Assembly (NCBI GenBank): GCA_965112155.1
Contig: OZ218100.1
Reading direction: 5' to 3' (one strand)
DNA length: 64,000 bases
Source: Podarcis liolepis
Lineage: Eukaryota
Below the pieces are notes generated by a model. It did not search any database and had not been told where the DNA came from. It saw only the letters and a program-made list of their open reading frames with translations. Shown here one piece after another: positions 25,895 through 40,310 of this stretch (its first letter is position 1; each line of letters starts with the position of its first letter). The translations under genes and the position numbers were made by a program.

Positions 25895-26654
25895 ACACAT
25901 CACTTAACAGCCATCAGAAGAGAAGTGCTACACCTGCTCAAGAGTCTGTAATGGCCCAGATCTTATAATGGCAACATTATCACCAGGCACTATAATGTGA
26001 AGCTTGATAAGAAGAGTAGGCAGAAGTGTGCAGCCCACCTGGGGGAATGGGGCTTCAGATGATAATGATCATATCAGCTAACCAACTGGTCAGAAAGAGA
26101 GCCATGTTCCTACTTAAAGACATTCATTAAGGGACATGGAAGCTGAGCGAAAAGGGTAAACAAAGCAAATTAACAAATTCTTTTGATTGGATTAGCAATT
26201 TGGGAGCCAGCCACTGCTGTCGCTGAGTATGTTGCTGCCTCTCCTCGCTCCTCTAGGATGATCTTAAGCATCACTGGCTGCACATTGAGCACATTTGTCA
26301 GTTTCAAGAGCCACAGGACATAGTCTGGCAAAAAGACTGTTTCAGCAGCAGCATCTGTCTCTGCGTCTGCCTTGTTGGATTCCCGCTGACTGCCTGACGA
26401 GATGTAGGGACGTGGATCATGACTGTGGCAGGCTATGCTGTGTGCTCTTGCCAGGCCGCTGTGAGATATTTTCAAAATGATTTTTTCTGTGAATGGCATT
26501 TGTTTTGCATGAAAGTAATATTAGTATTCCCTCTTGAGTAGCCTCATTTGTATTAGCATTTCAGTTGTGGCAGGATGGAAGGGAAAGCCTCCCTTTCCAA
26601 GGTCTCTGTGAACTAAAGTACAAATTACATGTAATCTGTTGCTCACTATGGTTT

Positions 26655-26741
26655 CAGACATGGGGTTTCCCCAAGCGTACCAGAGATGCCCCGGATTTGA
26701 CCTGGGCTTTTTTTGTATGCAAAGGAGGTGCTCTGCCACTT
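26655..26741 (-). mobile_element. Degenerate tRNA-derived squamate SINE head (Squam3-like)
   Basis: Minus strand reads agtggcagagcacctcctttgcatacaaaaaagcccaggtcaaatccggggcatctc. Confidence 0.6.
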
Positions 26742-26824
26742 TTGTTGTGTTAACACCTGAAAGTTTAGCGTTAACTCTCACTCTGATGACTGAACACGGC
26801 AACTGCCCTAATAGATAATAGATT

Positions 26825-26942
26825 CAGGTAGGTAGCCATGTTGGTCTGACACAGTCGAAATAAATTAAAAAAATGTCCAGTAGCACTTTAGAGACCAACT
26901 AAGTTTGTTCTGGGTATAAGCTTTCGTGTGCATTCAGATACC
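26825..26942 (-). mobile_element. Second Penelope-like terminal fragment with a broken hammerhead
   Basis: Aligns with 9720-9852; 10-nt deletion within the ribozyme motif. Confidence 0.8.
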
Positions 26943-28982
26943 ATATATGCCATCACTATAGGATAATGGCAATCATAGAGGAATATGTTGGTGAGTTTGT
27001 AATGAACTGTGAAATGTCTACAGTAGGTACTTAATACCATACAATCTGAACAGCGAAGTAAGAAAGCACTCATTACATATAAGGATATTCTTATGAGTTA
27101 GTGGGGGGAGAGGAACCCACCCCCCCAAGATCTGTGGGTGCCCATTTCCCCCTCTAGATTCTTGAGTGCTGGGGTTTAATCATAGCTGACAGTCTGAGCT
27201 TATTTTCCGCTAGACAAAAGGGCATAGGGAAGTGATGGCCCTGCCATTAAGCCATATACAAGATAAAAGACCCTACAAATAACTGAGGAGAGTTTACCTG
27301 GGCAATGTGGGCATGATGTGGTACAGAGGTGTGTTTTTTTTTTTGGGGGGGGCAATGTGTTATGAGAACAAGAATGAGGAATTCAGGAGAACTCCATGTG
27401 GTGCTGGCTGGAGGAGTCTGCACCAACAGACCAAGACCAAGACAAAGTATGAGTATCAGAACCATCTTGTTGTGAATTTATTTTTGCGCAATCAGTGCCA
27501 ATGACAGTGACTTGCTGTGGGAAGAAGACTTAGTGATGCTATCTCTCTGACTTATGTGGTGAATTCAAATAGATGAGCAGGGCCACATGATGGGAATTCA
27601 GTGAAGGAATGCCTCTCCCTATGGTGACATAATGTTTGCAGCAGTTCTAAGCCCTGCTGGGGAAATAAAGGATTGTCTGTGCTCATTCGGCAATTGAACT
27701 CCAAACCACTTACATTTCCATTATTTGGATTGCTGGGAATATAATATTAAAGAGTCCCTGTTCTAGTCTTCCTGCTACCTTTTTATTCATAGCCCAGTTC
27801 TTCTCTGCAGTTAGCACCACTATTTTAGCCAGCTGGGGAAATTTTGACCCATTTCCCCAGGCATCTGACAGGGATGGTCACCATCTTGCAAAGAGGTACA
27901 GTGACTGAGCCTTGAGAGAAGCAGTAGTTAGGGATGCCACCATCCTCATTTTTCAGTTCATCCCAAGAGTAATAATTCTTGGTATTTCAAAGGGAGAGGG
28001 GATCTGCTCTCGGCTGACATGTTCATTTGAATCACTCATTTCTGGTGACTAGTTACATGATAGTTTATGAAGCTTGTGGGAGAGAACTTTTCTTTAACTA
28101 TCCTTGAATATTGTTGCTACATTATTTCTTTTATTAGTATTAATAATAATAACATGCATTAACAACTTTCTGTCTGATTTGAAAATAGTCAGTTTAGAAA
28201 GGGGGGGGAGGAAATAAACATATCTAGCAGGTAAAATACTCAGCTGTGATTTGGATACAGGTTTCGCTTTCTACAGACACCAAAGCTCATTTTATCCTCA
28301 GAAGGCTTTTGATATACAAGAGAAATATCACTGTGACTTTTGTTGGCTCCCGATTCTCTCTTCAGACTTCCCCCCACCCACCCCCAGACCTTCCACATTG
28401 ACCAGGAAGATCTGAAGAGAGCTTGTAAGCATGTTTGGGTAACTGTACTTATAACCATTCTTATTATTGGGAAATTTGGATGCGAGTATTAAAATCAGAT
28501 TTTGACTTAAATTGAAGTCATGGTATGCAATATTCCCAGCAAAATGATTTAATTTCCATGTGATTAATAAATGAATGAATGAATTCTGAAATGTCATTTG
28601 GTTTTATTTTTTACTTTGGGTATGTTTTCTTCTTTAATACATTCATAAAACCAAAAAGACATTAGGTGTATTATTCTGTTTGTTCTATTCCGAAAATGGT
28701 GGTGAAGTTTAGATGACTGACAGCTGAAGTATTAAAGGGAATAAGAATGATTTTGGTAGGTTAGTTGTACAGAAAATGTAAACCCTAATGTTATTTTCTA
28801 ACCTGCCATCATTACCCTTCCCGGAGGAAATTGGAAGGAAATTGGAACATGATCCATCACAGTGGGCAATTTCCTACAGAAGCAGTCATATACACAACTT
28901 TCCTGACATAACACACAAATAACAAAGAAATGGTTCTGTTACAAAACATGTAGTGCAATGCAAGGCTTTGAAATATTCATAA

Positions 28983-29231
<249 letters not shown>

Positions 29232-31265
29232 TAGGTTCTCTTTAAGGTTTTAATCTAAGATACCACTGCATTCTGATATTCAAACTGGGTCATTCAGGGT
29301 GGTGTAACACTTAATGCAGCAGACGTGGTTGTGGTGGCTTAGACTGAAAATAGATTACTTTTTGTGTCCTTAAACACTTGGGCCCATTTGTTAATCTTCT
29401 GTGGCCTGGATCGAGATAAACTTTCACCACTGTTTGTAATGTAATTGTTCCCGTGCGCTATAACATTAGTGTATGTGCCATGTGGTACTGCCCAAACAGA
29501 TGACTAGCTGGAAAAAAACCAGCAATGTTCTGCCTTTGCATGGTATTCCAAATCATCTACCCCTACTATGCATCCTGAATAGGATGAGTTCAACCTTGGA
29601 CCATTTTCCGTGAGAAACATACTTCACAGTTTTGCTGGGTAGTTTGAAAAAGCAGGAGCTTTGTCATGGTGAACTGTTGGAAATTCACTTTATGACCCCT
29701 AGGAGCAGCAATTTGGTTTGCCTTAATCACAGAAGTGGCTTGTCAGGTGGGGTGGAGTCACTGTACCTGCTTACTGGGAAAGGGAGGAACCTGGCATCAG
29801 GGAGGTCAACGCGGTGCAAAAGCACTAGCGGAGCCAATCCAGCAGTCCTGCTGGTTTGTTTACACCATGCTGACCTCTCTGTTCCTTTGCCCCTCCAAGC
29901 AGCAGCCTCCCCCCATTGCCACTGAAATGCTAACATAGCAGCCCCCTTCTACTTAATCTGGAGTGCGAACTAAATTTTCCGTTGTAGAAATGAAGAGGAA
30001 AGGCCAGACTTGCTAGTGTATCAGAAAGAAGTAATACTTAGAGCCAAATAGATGTGAAGTCAGTGGTGCGAATGTAATTAACACTCACAATACTGTTACT
30101 TAAATAGCAGCCAAAGGAAAGCCACAGGACTGTGGGCCTGGAGACAGAATATATTCTTTCTCTTTCTGTCATTACTCTCTGAAGCTGCTATTTGCATTTC
30201 AAGGGGGAAAGCCATTGGAGCCAATGGAAGCAATGTCATCTCTAGTTCGACCTTTAGACAAGGGATGTAAAGCCGACTGATTAGCCTATTTGGTTTTCCT
30301 TTGTTTGTTGTTTGTTTTTGATGCAAATAGTTCATTTAGGAGAGTCATTATGGCGAAGTACCATAAGTGTATTTTACTAAGAAGGATGACCTTGAGGATT
30401 ATGTAGTTTAAAATGTTCATTATACTAAACATAGCAGTACTTCAAGCCTCAGAGGTTCTATAAAGGCAGAATAAAATAGAGCATTTAAAATACTCACAAA
30501 GTATTACTCTTGTATACTAGGGTAGCTGAGATTTAATAGCTCTTCTTTTTAGCATTCTGACTGTTGTCAAACAGACATTCATGTTTGTTTAATTCTTTTT
30601 CTTCACTTTTTTGCTGCGTTCACATTTTATAACTTATCTGAGAGCAGCTCTGTATTTTACCTCAGGCTGAGTCATCAGAAGATGTGGAAAATTTTGAGTC
30701 TTCACTAGAGTAATAACTTACAAAAGAGCTATTTTGTTAGCGTGATCTATTTTTAAACAAAATAGCCGCCTGGACTGATTACTATTGTTACTACAATGAG
30801 AATTATAGGTGTTCAGTACCACTGTTAACAAGACCCCTAATTTTAAGTGCATGATTGCAGATTTAGTTGCCTACCTGCCAGCACAGAATTGTTTTTTTTT
30901 CCTGTTAGTGTCTGCCTGGATACTTGGATTGGGAAACATCTTTTTTTAATCAAGTAAAGTGATTTTATTGGCTTTCTTTTGTCTAAAGAAAGATAGACGA
31001 GAATATAGACAAATCCTCAATTTTGAATGTTTCTTTATGCAGAAGCTCTGCAATGCTGAAGGAATTTGTTAGAGGAATAGCCAGACACATTATTAATACC
31101 TTCTCAGGAGGCCTTCCTTCCATAGGATTGTGTGACTATGGTTTGGGGTTGTTTTGCACTTACCCAAAATATAACGTTTTCATTCCTGGAACCCAAATTA
31201 TGGAATTCACTTCCCAGAGAAGAATTCCTAGTTAGAACAGGATGCAATTTTAAATAAATCTTGAA

Positions 31266-31617
31266 TAAAGGTAAAGGTACCCCTGCCCGTATGGGCCAGT
31301 CTTGACAGACTCTAGGGTTGTGCACTCATCTCACTCTAGAGGCCGGGAGCCAGCGCTGTCCGCAGACACTTCCGGGTCACGTGGCCAGCATGATGAAGCT
31401 ACTCTGGCGAGCCAGAGCTGCACACGGAAACGCCGTTTACCTTCCCGCTAGTAAGCGGTCCCTATTTATCTACTTGCACCCGGGGGTACTTTCGAACTGC
31501 TAGGTTGGCAGGCGCTGGGACCGAGCAACGGGAGCGCACCCTGCCACGGGGATTCGAACCGCCGACCATGCGATCGGCAAGTCCTAGGCGCTGAGGTTTT
31601 CCCCACAGTGCCACCCG
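31266..31617 (-). mobile_element. Sauria SINE, distinct subfamily
   Basis: Same architecture and ACCTTT tail, with many diagnostic differences in the 3' part. Confidence 0.92.
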
Positions 31618-32683
31618 TACTTGTCACACTTCAAAGGAAAGGCCTTAACACTTTGTCATACTTTGACCTATTTAATAAGCAAAATCTCTCCTTTCATACG
31701 TCTTTGCTACCCCAACCCCTGCTCCTGATACGTGACATATTTTACAGATGTTCCTTTTCTCTTCCATCAGGTTTTAGGAACCTGGATGTGAAATGACTAT
31801 GTTGCTGCTTCTGTCTTACCTTATCTTTCTCCTATTATTTTGCAGCTGATTTATTAATGCTTTGTTGTTATTTGCTTTGTTGTGTTTCATTTCTACAGTA
31901 TTAGAATGGCAGATTTTGGCAGCAGTCCTGCGCACAGTTCCTCTGTAGCTGTGGAGAGAGAAAGGCAGTGTTTGCAATCCTCCCCAGTGTTGAGGATGCT
32001 GCCTTTTACTCTTTATCTCTAAATAGCAGACATAGCTCATTATCTCCTAATTTTAGCAGGGTGGTGGTCAGCGCTAGGATTGGGAAATGAAGCCCTCTGG
32101 CTGACCTTTAGGTAGTGATCTCTACTGAACAAGCAGAGGGCTTTATCTCTCAATTGAAGTCCTGAGAACCACAGTACTGAGGGGGGGGGTAAAGCTGTGG
32201 GGGCTGGCCACTTCCTGTGGCTCGGTGGGCCATAGCCAGCCTATGGTTTGTGGGTTGGCTACCCCTCTTGTATCAGAATAAGGTGGTAGCTGCTTCATAC
32301 ATGCAGAGAGCATTTAACTTCTTTAAAAACACACACACACACACAAAAACCCTTCTAACAGTGTGTACCTTGCAAAACCTAGTCCAATAGTGGACTAGGC
32401 TAGAATTTTTGTCCCTGTTATGCTGTTTCGATTTGCACATGGTGTACATATCTGGGGGAAGGGAAGGGTAATATTGGATAGTGATATACTGTATGCACAT
32501 AGTACATGCATGCGTACGTAAACACGTTGCAAACACACACAGTCCTATATGTGCTTAGTTCTTCTTGCTCTTGGATTATTGAATAGCCATTAGCTAAAAA
32601 GTAAGATGCTAGAAAGGAATAATTAAATGTATAAGGTCTCAAGTTACTTTGACAATTGCCAGTGCTTAGTGTGACCATTGTGA

Positions 32684-32869
<186 letters not shown>

Positions 32870-33134
32870 TAGAGCCATGCTTTTTTTTATTTTTTACAGC
32901 ATGTATTTATTTAAATGTCACATTCAAAAAAATCACATCATTTATCACTTCACAGCATTTCTAATTACTTTCCCCCCCAAGCAATGCCTTACAGCCTTCA
33001 TTTAGAACGTTCTGTGTTGTGCTACAGGAAGATTTAGAAGCGAATAAGAACTTAAGAGAAGCTCTGTGGGGGGCATCTAGTTTTGCTTCCAACAGTGAGC
33101 AAATGCCTTCCAGAAGGGCGTCAAAGCTCCTGAG

Positions 33135-33178
33135 TCTAGATGACCCTCAGGGTCCCTTCCAACTCTTCGATTCTATGA
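33135..33178 (+). mobile_element. CR1 LINE 3' terminus
   Basis: ctagatgaccctcagggtcccttccaactcttcgattctatga matches the CR1 3' end with ATTCTRTG motif. Confidence 0.75.
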
Positions 33179-33419
33179 GTCCCAATGCTAAAATTACAGG
33201 GGTGCTGGAGGGGGTCTTGCTGCTTTACTTTTTTGTGATGGCTTTCTTAGCTACTATCCTTAGACAGCTACAGGGGACCATGGTTTGACTAAAATGGAGA
33301 GGGAGAGGAGGTAAGGGCTGGAAACTAGGTTTTATTAAACTCCCCCCACCTGCCTTTTCTGCTGTTTTCCCCTAGTAGCTGATATTCAGAGGGGAAAAGG
33401 TTCCCCTTAATAGTTGCTG

Positions 33420-33900
33420 ATAGACTAAGTTATCCACTAAGATAATGCCCATCATGGCATCGTGCGGCAGTATGTTCTATAATTTAATTATGCATTGTGT
33501 GAAGAATTACTTTATTTTGTCCGTCCCGAAGCTACTACCAGACAACGTTGTTGGATTGCCCAAGTTCTAAAGAGGGGCAACATTTTCTCTCTGCCTAAGC
33601 TCTTCACATTCCCCCCCCCAATCTTATAAAATTTTATCATTGCTCCCCCCCCCCATGCTGTGTTTCCTGATAAAGAATGTGCCCTTAATTATTTTGGTTT
33701 CCCCTTTCTCTCTTTTTGACATGGGGCCATACACAGAACTATACACAATATTGTGAATTCTTTGCACAATAGATTTATAAAGACATCATGAGTATTTGCG
33801 CTCCACGTTCAGTCCCTTTCCTAATAATCTCTAACATGACATTTGCTTTTTTAGTACCACTGTACAATGACTTGACATTTTCACTGAGCCTCCTGAGGTC
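33420..33900 (-). mobile_element. Old degenerate CR1-like LINE fragment (approximate bounds)
   Basis: Recognisable antisense CR1-type motifs; similar to 46390-47200. Confidence 0.45.
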
Positions 33901-36289
33901 TCCTTCCTGGTTAGTCACAGACAGTGTAACTTTATAGCAGTATATTTATACAGTTAGATTTATGGTATGGTGGGTGAAAATTTTCATATGTTTGCTTTAA
34001 TAGTGCTAAATACACAACTTGTGCATTAGAGCTTAGTGTCATCTGCCAAGTAAATCCTTTTTAAGTTGCACTTAGAACAGAGCTTCCCAAACTGTTGGTA
34101 CATATGCCACAAGGTATTCTAGGGGGTATCTGTATACTTTCTTCTTCAGGAAAACGTCACTATCCATATATTGACAGAGAAAGTGGAAATAAGTATTGCA
34201 CAGGGCTTCCACACTGTGAAAGCCGTAGAACAGTGAGGATGTCCAATGCAGTGATTTAATTTTTCAATAGAGCTGCTAGCACACCAGCTTAGGAAGGATA
34301 CAAAATGTGATTTGCTACTGCTGATACAGGGCAGTATTAGTACATCTGTGATTTAGTCCATCTCTTGAAGTCAGTGTGAGAACTCTTGACTGACTGCAGC
34401 CTTCTTAAATTGGGAGGTGTGTGTGTCATATTTGATCCTGAAGAGCTACAGAAAGGTACATTTCTTTCTTCTAACCAGCACTCCATACACATAAGGGAAT
34501 AGATTGTTCTGCGGCACTTCTCCCTCCCCCTTTCTTTGAAAATTTCATTAACAGGGTATAAGAATTAATTAAAGTGAATGTGGGATGTAATCACCGCATG
34601 CTAAAGGTGTTGAGTATCTATATTACTGTACTAGTTTACTCAAAGCAACAGAAAAAGTATAACCCCCACCAAGTGCAAATCAGGCAGTGGGGAGACAACA
34701 TTTAAAAATATATTTTGATACAGGTAAAAAAGCAGGAGAAATTAATCTCTACTTCCCCAAAGACTGCTTTATATTTTCCAAACTCTATCAGCTTTTTACC
34801 ATAAATATTGGCTTTCACCAGTTTGGGTTTTCTGCTTTTTATTTCCTTTTTGGTGCTACAACTATATTACCCCAAATGTTATATGAGATCAGGAGCATTT
34901 TATAGAAGATAATTCTGCTCATAATTTCTACTGAATCTTGTCTTCCTATGGCATCTCCCTGCACTATGCTCTATGGGGAGACTCTCCCCAAAATACCAAA
35001 TCAGTCAATTATGAAAAATACGGGTAGAACCACAATTACCATACAAGTGTTGGGCTCCTGTTTATATTCCTAGTTGTTAGGACTATGCTTAGTTTGTAGT
35101 TTTCTCTCTCTCAAGGGACTTACTGCACTCAGAATATTCTGATACTGAGCCAAAAATGCCCCTCTACTTCCACAACAACATTTGCAGGCCATAACACGGG
35201 TACCATTACAGTGATCAGGGGTGGGAATGATAATAGTAATGTTACAACTTATGGAAGAAAGTGGTGTAATTTTGCTACAGCTACAAGTTGTCACAGTCTC
35301 TTCTTAGTAATCCAGTTATTGCCATTTTCCTTCAAAATACCACCCTTGTAACAATGCTGCAGGGTTCCATAACTTTGTTTCAGGGCATCGTGAGACTCAG
35401 GTGGCAGTTTTACTGCCCAATAGATAACTTTGTTTGCTCAGTGCTGAGATATTTTAGCAATTCAGCCTGGCATTCGTGAAGACCTATGTGGGTTTTGCAT
35501 TTTAAAAACCTGATTTGAGCACTCCCAGGCATGTGCTGGGATCAACGTCTTAATTTCCCTTTAAAGTTCATCTCAAACAGATTAATTTGCACAATTTTTT
35601 GAGTAAAGTAAATGTCTTGATTCCCTAAACTCCAGTAAACAATGCTGTTGGACCTGTTTAGTAATAGGTAGGTAGGTATGTGGATAGGGCAGAGAGACAC
35701 AGAATGGTGATAAATGCAAAAAAAAAAAAAAAAAGTAATTTAAGCTTCTAAACTTTGAAGGAGTTACAAAAGAAGTTCCAATTACTTTAGTTAAAACTGC
35801 TTTCTAGGGATCAGTTAATAGCTCCAGTTAAGGTACTGTTAAAGTAGATAGTGACATTATCATCCTCAAATGAAACATCAACGGAACCCAAAGTTCTGAG
35901 AAGACTTGTGACTACGTAGGAAACACCCTTAAGCCACTGGAATCTAAGGAACAGGCAAAATATATAGAGGCAAAGGGCTCCATGCCAGATTCTTCCCCAT
36001 GAAAATGCAGCTTGGGTTGGCATATATAGGATTTTAGTTGCCCATCTTCTTGTCCCTATCCAGAAAACACTGAGGGCCAAAACATTCTCTAATAAATATT
36101 AATAAGGAATGGTGGGGGGGAGCTTGAACAAAATAACAGTGTGGCATTCTGAAATAAATTGCAGTATAATAAGTTAGACTTTACCATTTGTTCAAACTTT
36201 AGAGTGTGGGAGAGAGAAATCCTTTATAAAAGTGCACCACAAATCTTAGAAGTAGAGTTGGAATGTTGATGCCATTATCTTTTTTTTAA

Positions 36290-36556
<267 letters not shown>

Positions 36557-37348
36557 TGAAATGTAAACACAAGATTTCCCCCCATCTAGTTATACTTGAC
36601 ATGTTGTGAGGGATCATGCATAAGTTTCTGACAAAGTTTGTGAAAATTAGATACAGATTCGTAATCAAGTATAGCTGAAGAATATTGATGGCGTTACTCT
36701 CTCATGTATGGTGCATATCATCAAAGTGGCTATGATCACAAAAAGAACCAACATCATTATAATCATATCAGCTGAACTGATTTTATCGTGTAAGCTCTTG
36801 TAGGAAAGGCATTTACATAGGCTACAAAAAAAGCCATGAGGTCATCCATTTGTGATGGAAAGCTCTTTTTTAGACAACTCTCTGCTCCCGAAACACTTGA
36901 ACGCCATTTTTAGAGTCATGCTGTATATAGATGTGGAAGCCATTTTTTAGTCCAGTTATTTTTTTAAAATATATTTATTTATTCATAAATCATCTACTTC
37001 ATTTGTTTAGTTGCTAATTTGCAACTGGTTCATACATTTCTGTAGTTACAGTTCATTTTTGTTTGCCATTGTTTCCAATGGAAAACCCGGCCAGTCTTCT
37101 GCATCCTGATACTTCATTGTTTGCCTCCAAGCTACATTAAATTTTCAGGTATTCTTCAAGGGGAATATATGGGATATACAGTGGTACCTCCGGTTGCGCA
37201 CGGGTCAGATCCCGAGGTGTGCGTATCTGGAGATGATGCTTCTGCGCATTTGCAGGTTTAGCGCTTCTGTGCATGCGCGTGCTGTGAACCCCGAAAAATA
37301 CTTCCGGGTTTGCCGCGTATGTATCCCAAAGGATACGTAACCGGAGGT

Positions 37349-38245
37349 TGTGGCGATCACACAGGGTCCCCGGACGTTTCACCGTCTATGTCCCATTAAA
37401 CTTTAATTAGTTTAATGCTAATCAAATGTCCAGTGCGCTTCCGATGCCACAATGTCCCATTACAGCAGAGCATTTCGCACAGCGGCTCAAGAAGGGCTGG
37501 AGAGTCAGCATCTTTTCAATAAAGGAATCTTGGAGCAAGCGGTTTGGAACTCAAATAAAAGGTTTATTTACACAAAACAAAAAACCCTGGTGAAGAATCA
37601 CACATTTCAGCAAACACGCCCCAAAAGAAAGGGGAAAGGGGGAAAGGGACAAACACATGAGTGAGCTGACTATTTATACAAACTCACATTCCTGGAAGCC
37701 TAACGACCTCCAGCTGCTCAGTGACTAGAGCGTCTTGATTAGAGCTTCTTAACCCTTTAATACCAACAGTCTATTGATCCCTGTGCCACCACTTTATTTC
37801 TTGCTGCCACCACCCAGGCCCTACCTGGTACAATACTGAGTCTAGTCAGGGTTAAATTGGAACACAAACTTTTGTTTATTTATTGCAGTTTAACAAGCGT
37901 GTGGTTTCATAAACGGTATCGGTCAATTACAATCATGGGGTGCCTATCCAGACCTATAACTTCTGCTACCTGCTCTCACTCACTAAACCACCTCTCAGAT
38001 ATTTACTTGTCTGCCTTGCCCCTAACTATTCCTGACTCAGCTTATTTCGCTATACTAACTCAACCTACCCACAAACTCTATCCCAATTCACTCCCACTCC
38101 AACCAACCACCCAATTCCCAACGAACTCCTCCCTTCGCCCCTCCCCTTTGCCCCCTTTTATACTCCCTCTGACTCCACCCCCTGAGTGCTGATTGGGTAA
38201 CCTGTTTAACTATTTCACCTCCAGCGCTCTCATGTTAACGTCACA
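37349..38245 (-). mobile_element. Solo LTR (outer) inserted in the MITE
   Basis: Termini tgtggcg...cgtcaca; 5-bp TSD gaggt (37344-37348, 38246-38250); minus-strand CCAAT, TATAAAA (~38160) and AATAAA (~37880). Confidence 0.88.
37389..37768 (-). mobile_element. Solo LTR (inner) inserted in the outer LTR
   Basis: Termini tgtcccattaaa...tttaataccaaca; 5-bp TSD gtcta (37384-37388, 37769-37773); minus-strand TATAAATA (~37675) and AATAAA (~37565). Confidence 0.85.
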
Positions 38246-40165
38246 GAGGTGGAACATAAGTAGAGGTAGCATTGTATATATGTTATGCATGCGTATATAT
38301 GTAAGGTATGCTCATGCTTCCTCCTTACACAAACAGCAGGGTTCAGAGAAGTTACTTGTGGATAAATAACACATATTGTGCAGAACCCTAACTCTTATAT
38401 GCTGCTGTCCCTAACACACCTAAGCCAAGTAGTGGTTATATGTTTTATTGATGCAGTGAGACCAATGTACCATGCCACATAAGTAAGTCACAGCATTGGA
38501 TCGAGACGTGCCCTCTGGGTTCCATTTGAACGTTGTTCTGAGGGAAACGGGATTCCTCATTTTCTCTTTCTTCTCCAGTGTCCACTTACAGCTATTTTGG
38601 AGGATTCAAGGACCCTTCAGAACAGCAGAAGAGTTAGCACTGGAGACTGCAGGGGGATCAGTCAAAATTGCCTCCCCTTTTCCTTTTGCAGGAGCCTCTG
38701 CTGGACCCAAGTCCCTTCTAGGAATGGAAGAAGCCTTCCATTCATAAGCTGGCAGTACTGGAAGCAACTGCTTATGCTAGATTCTGAATCTTTCTTGGGG
38801 GGAGTGTGCACAGTAGAATCTCAGTTCTGGAAAGGTTTTATGATTTGATGAATGCACTTACTTTCTGTTTGTCTGCTTGGTTTCTTGCACGCCTAAACGG
38901 CTTTTATGCTGGGTAAATAAGAAGAAGAACTGCTCTTGAGGGAAGATCTTCTCAAACAGAAATGACTTGCACAATTTAAATACGAGAAAATGATGTACAT
39001 CTGTTTAATACATAACAGTTTCATACATTCTGGGTGCAGATTATTTGAAGACCAATTTGCATACATGTTGTTTATTTCTCAAAGCTATATAAAATGAGAA
39101 TATTTCTGCTTTATCTGACAGACGTTCCCAGCCAATCAGGAGATAGTCATTTGCATAATACCTTTTGGGTTGTTTCTGAAAAGATACTGTGAACATGCAG
39201 ATTTCTCTTGTCTCATTAGCTGTTTTTCTTTGCCTGGGTTTGCATATGTGATTAGAATTCCCAAGCCTTTTTCTCTTAGAGCAGCTCTAGTTTCTTTGTG
39301 GAAATAGTATCAAAATGTACAGGACAGATGTAATTAAAGAAAAGGAGGAAAAGCCCCGTTGAATCATGTGTACCACAACTGCTTTATCAATATAGTTATA
39401 TAAACATTCTAAAACAATGCTCATTTGTTCAAAGGGGTTCACATGCTCCTGCTATCTGCATAGAAAGGATGTTAAAAGGATGTTGCAGTGCCAGGCTACA
39501 AGGGACAGCCCTCCCCCTGCCTACATTAAATGGGCAGCCATGCTCCCTGAGGTCCATGCATATAACATACACCACTGAATATTTGGCAGGGCGTAGAGAG
39601 AAAACAGAGGGAAAATGGACTGGAGTAGCTGGAACCCTGAGCATTTTGTAAGATATATTTCCTGTTCTTTAAGTTATGCTTCAAAGTGCCCTGGTTCCGT
39701 AAAATGTTCTTTAAACATAGTACATAAGCAGCCCTGAAATGCTGGTACAATTCAGGGAATTAAATCTTTTTAAATGCCAGCTGTGGGGCTTCAGTGCCCT
39801 TCATAATCCCCCCCCCATCTCTATTACTAGCTGAAGTGGAATAAATTATGCACCAAAAGCAAATACATACTTGTATTATTTATATAGGCCACAAATTATC
39901 AGTTGTTTTAGTGCTTAATACACACAGCCTGCTTTCTAAGGCTGTGCTCCTATAGTAAGGCTTGACTCTTTGATGTGCATCCTGTTCTGATTGTTATTTG
40001 CCATACTGTTTTCTTGGTTTGTTTGTTTGTTGTCACCATACCACAACGACCACACACAGCCTCAGCTATGCTATGGCTGCTCTTGTATTGAACTTCAGTC
40101 AGGATTCTCCGACTGCTGAGTTTGAATTATCTCTACGTTTGCCAGCACATTGACTTATAATTATG

Positions 40166-40310
40166 AGCCAATGATTGCCAATAGAATTTTAAAAACCCGG
40201 CCAATCAAATATTTTAATTGTCCCGTCCAGTATAAAAAGCAGCAGCTCTAACTGAACTACTAAGTCCTATAACAGCTTTCTTGTAACTGAACTGATTTTT
40301 GGCCATTTTT
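40166..40310 (+). promoter_or_regulatory. Candidate intronic Pol II promoter (3 CCAAT boxes, TATA box, YY1-like site)
   Basis: CCAAT at 40168, 40178 and 40201; TATAAAAAG at 40231; GCCATTTT at 40302. Motif evidence only. Confidence 0.4.

Larger units (their letters stand above)
37179..38274. mobile_element. Tc1/mariner (Tigger-like) MITE split by nested LTRs
   Basis: TA|cagtggtacctc left end, agaggtagcattg|TA right end; MITE sequence at 37179-37348 and 38246-38274. Confidence 0.8.
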
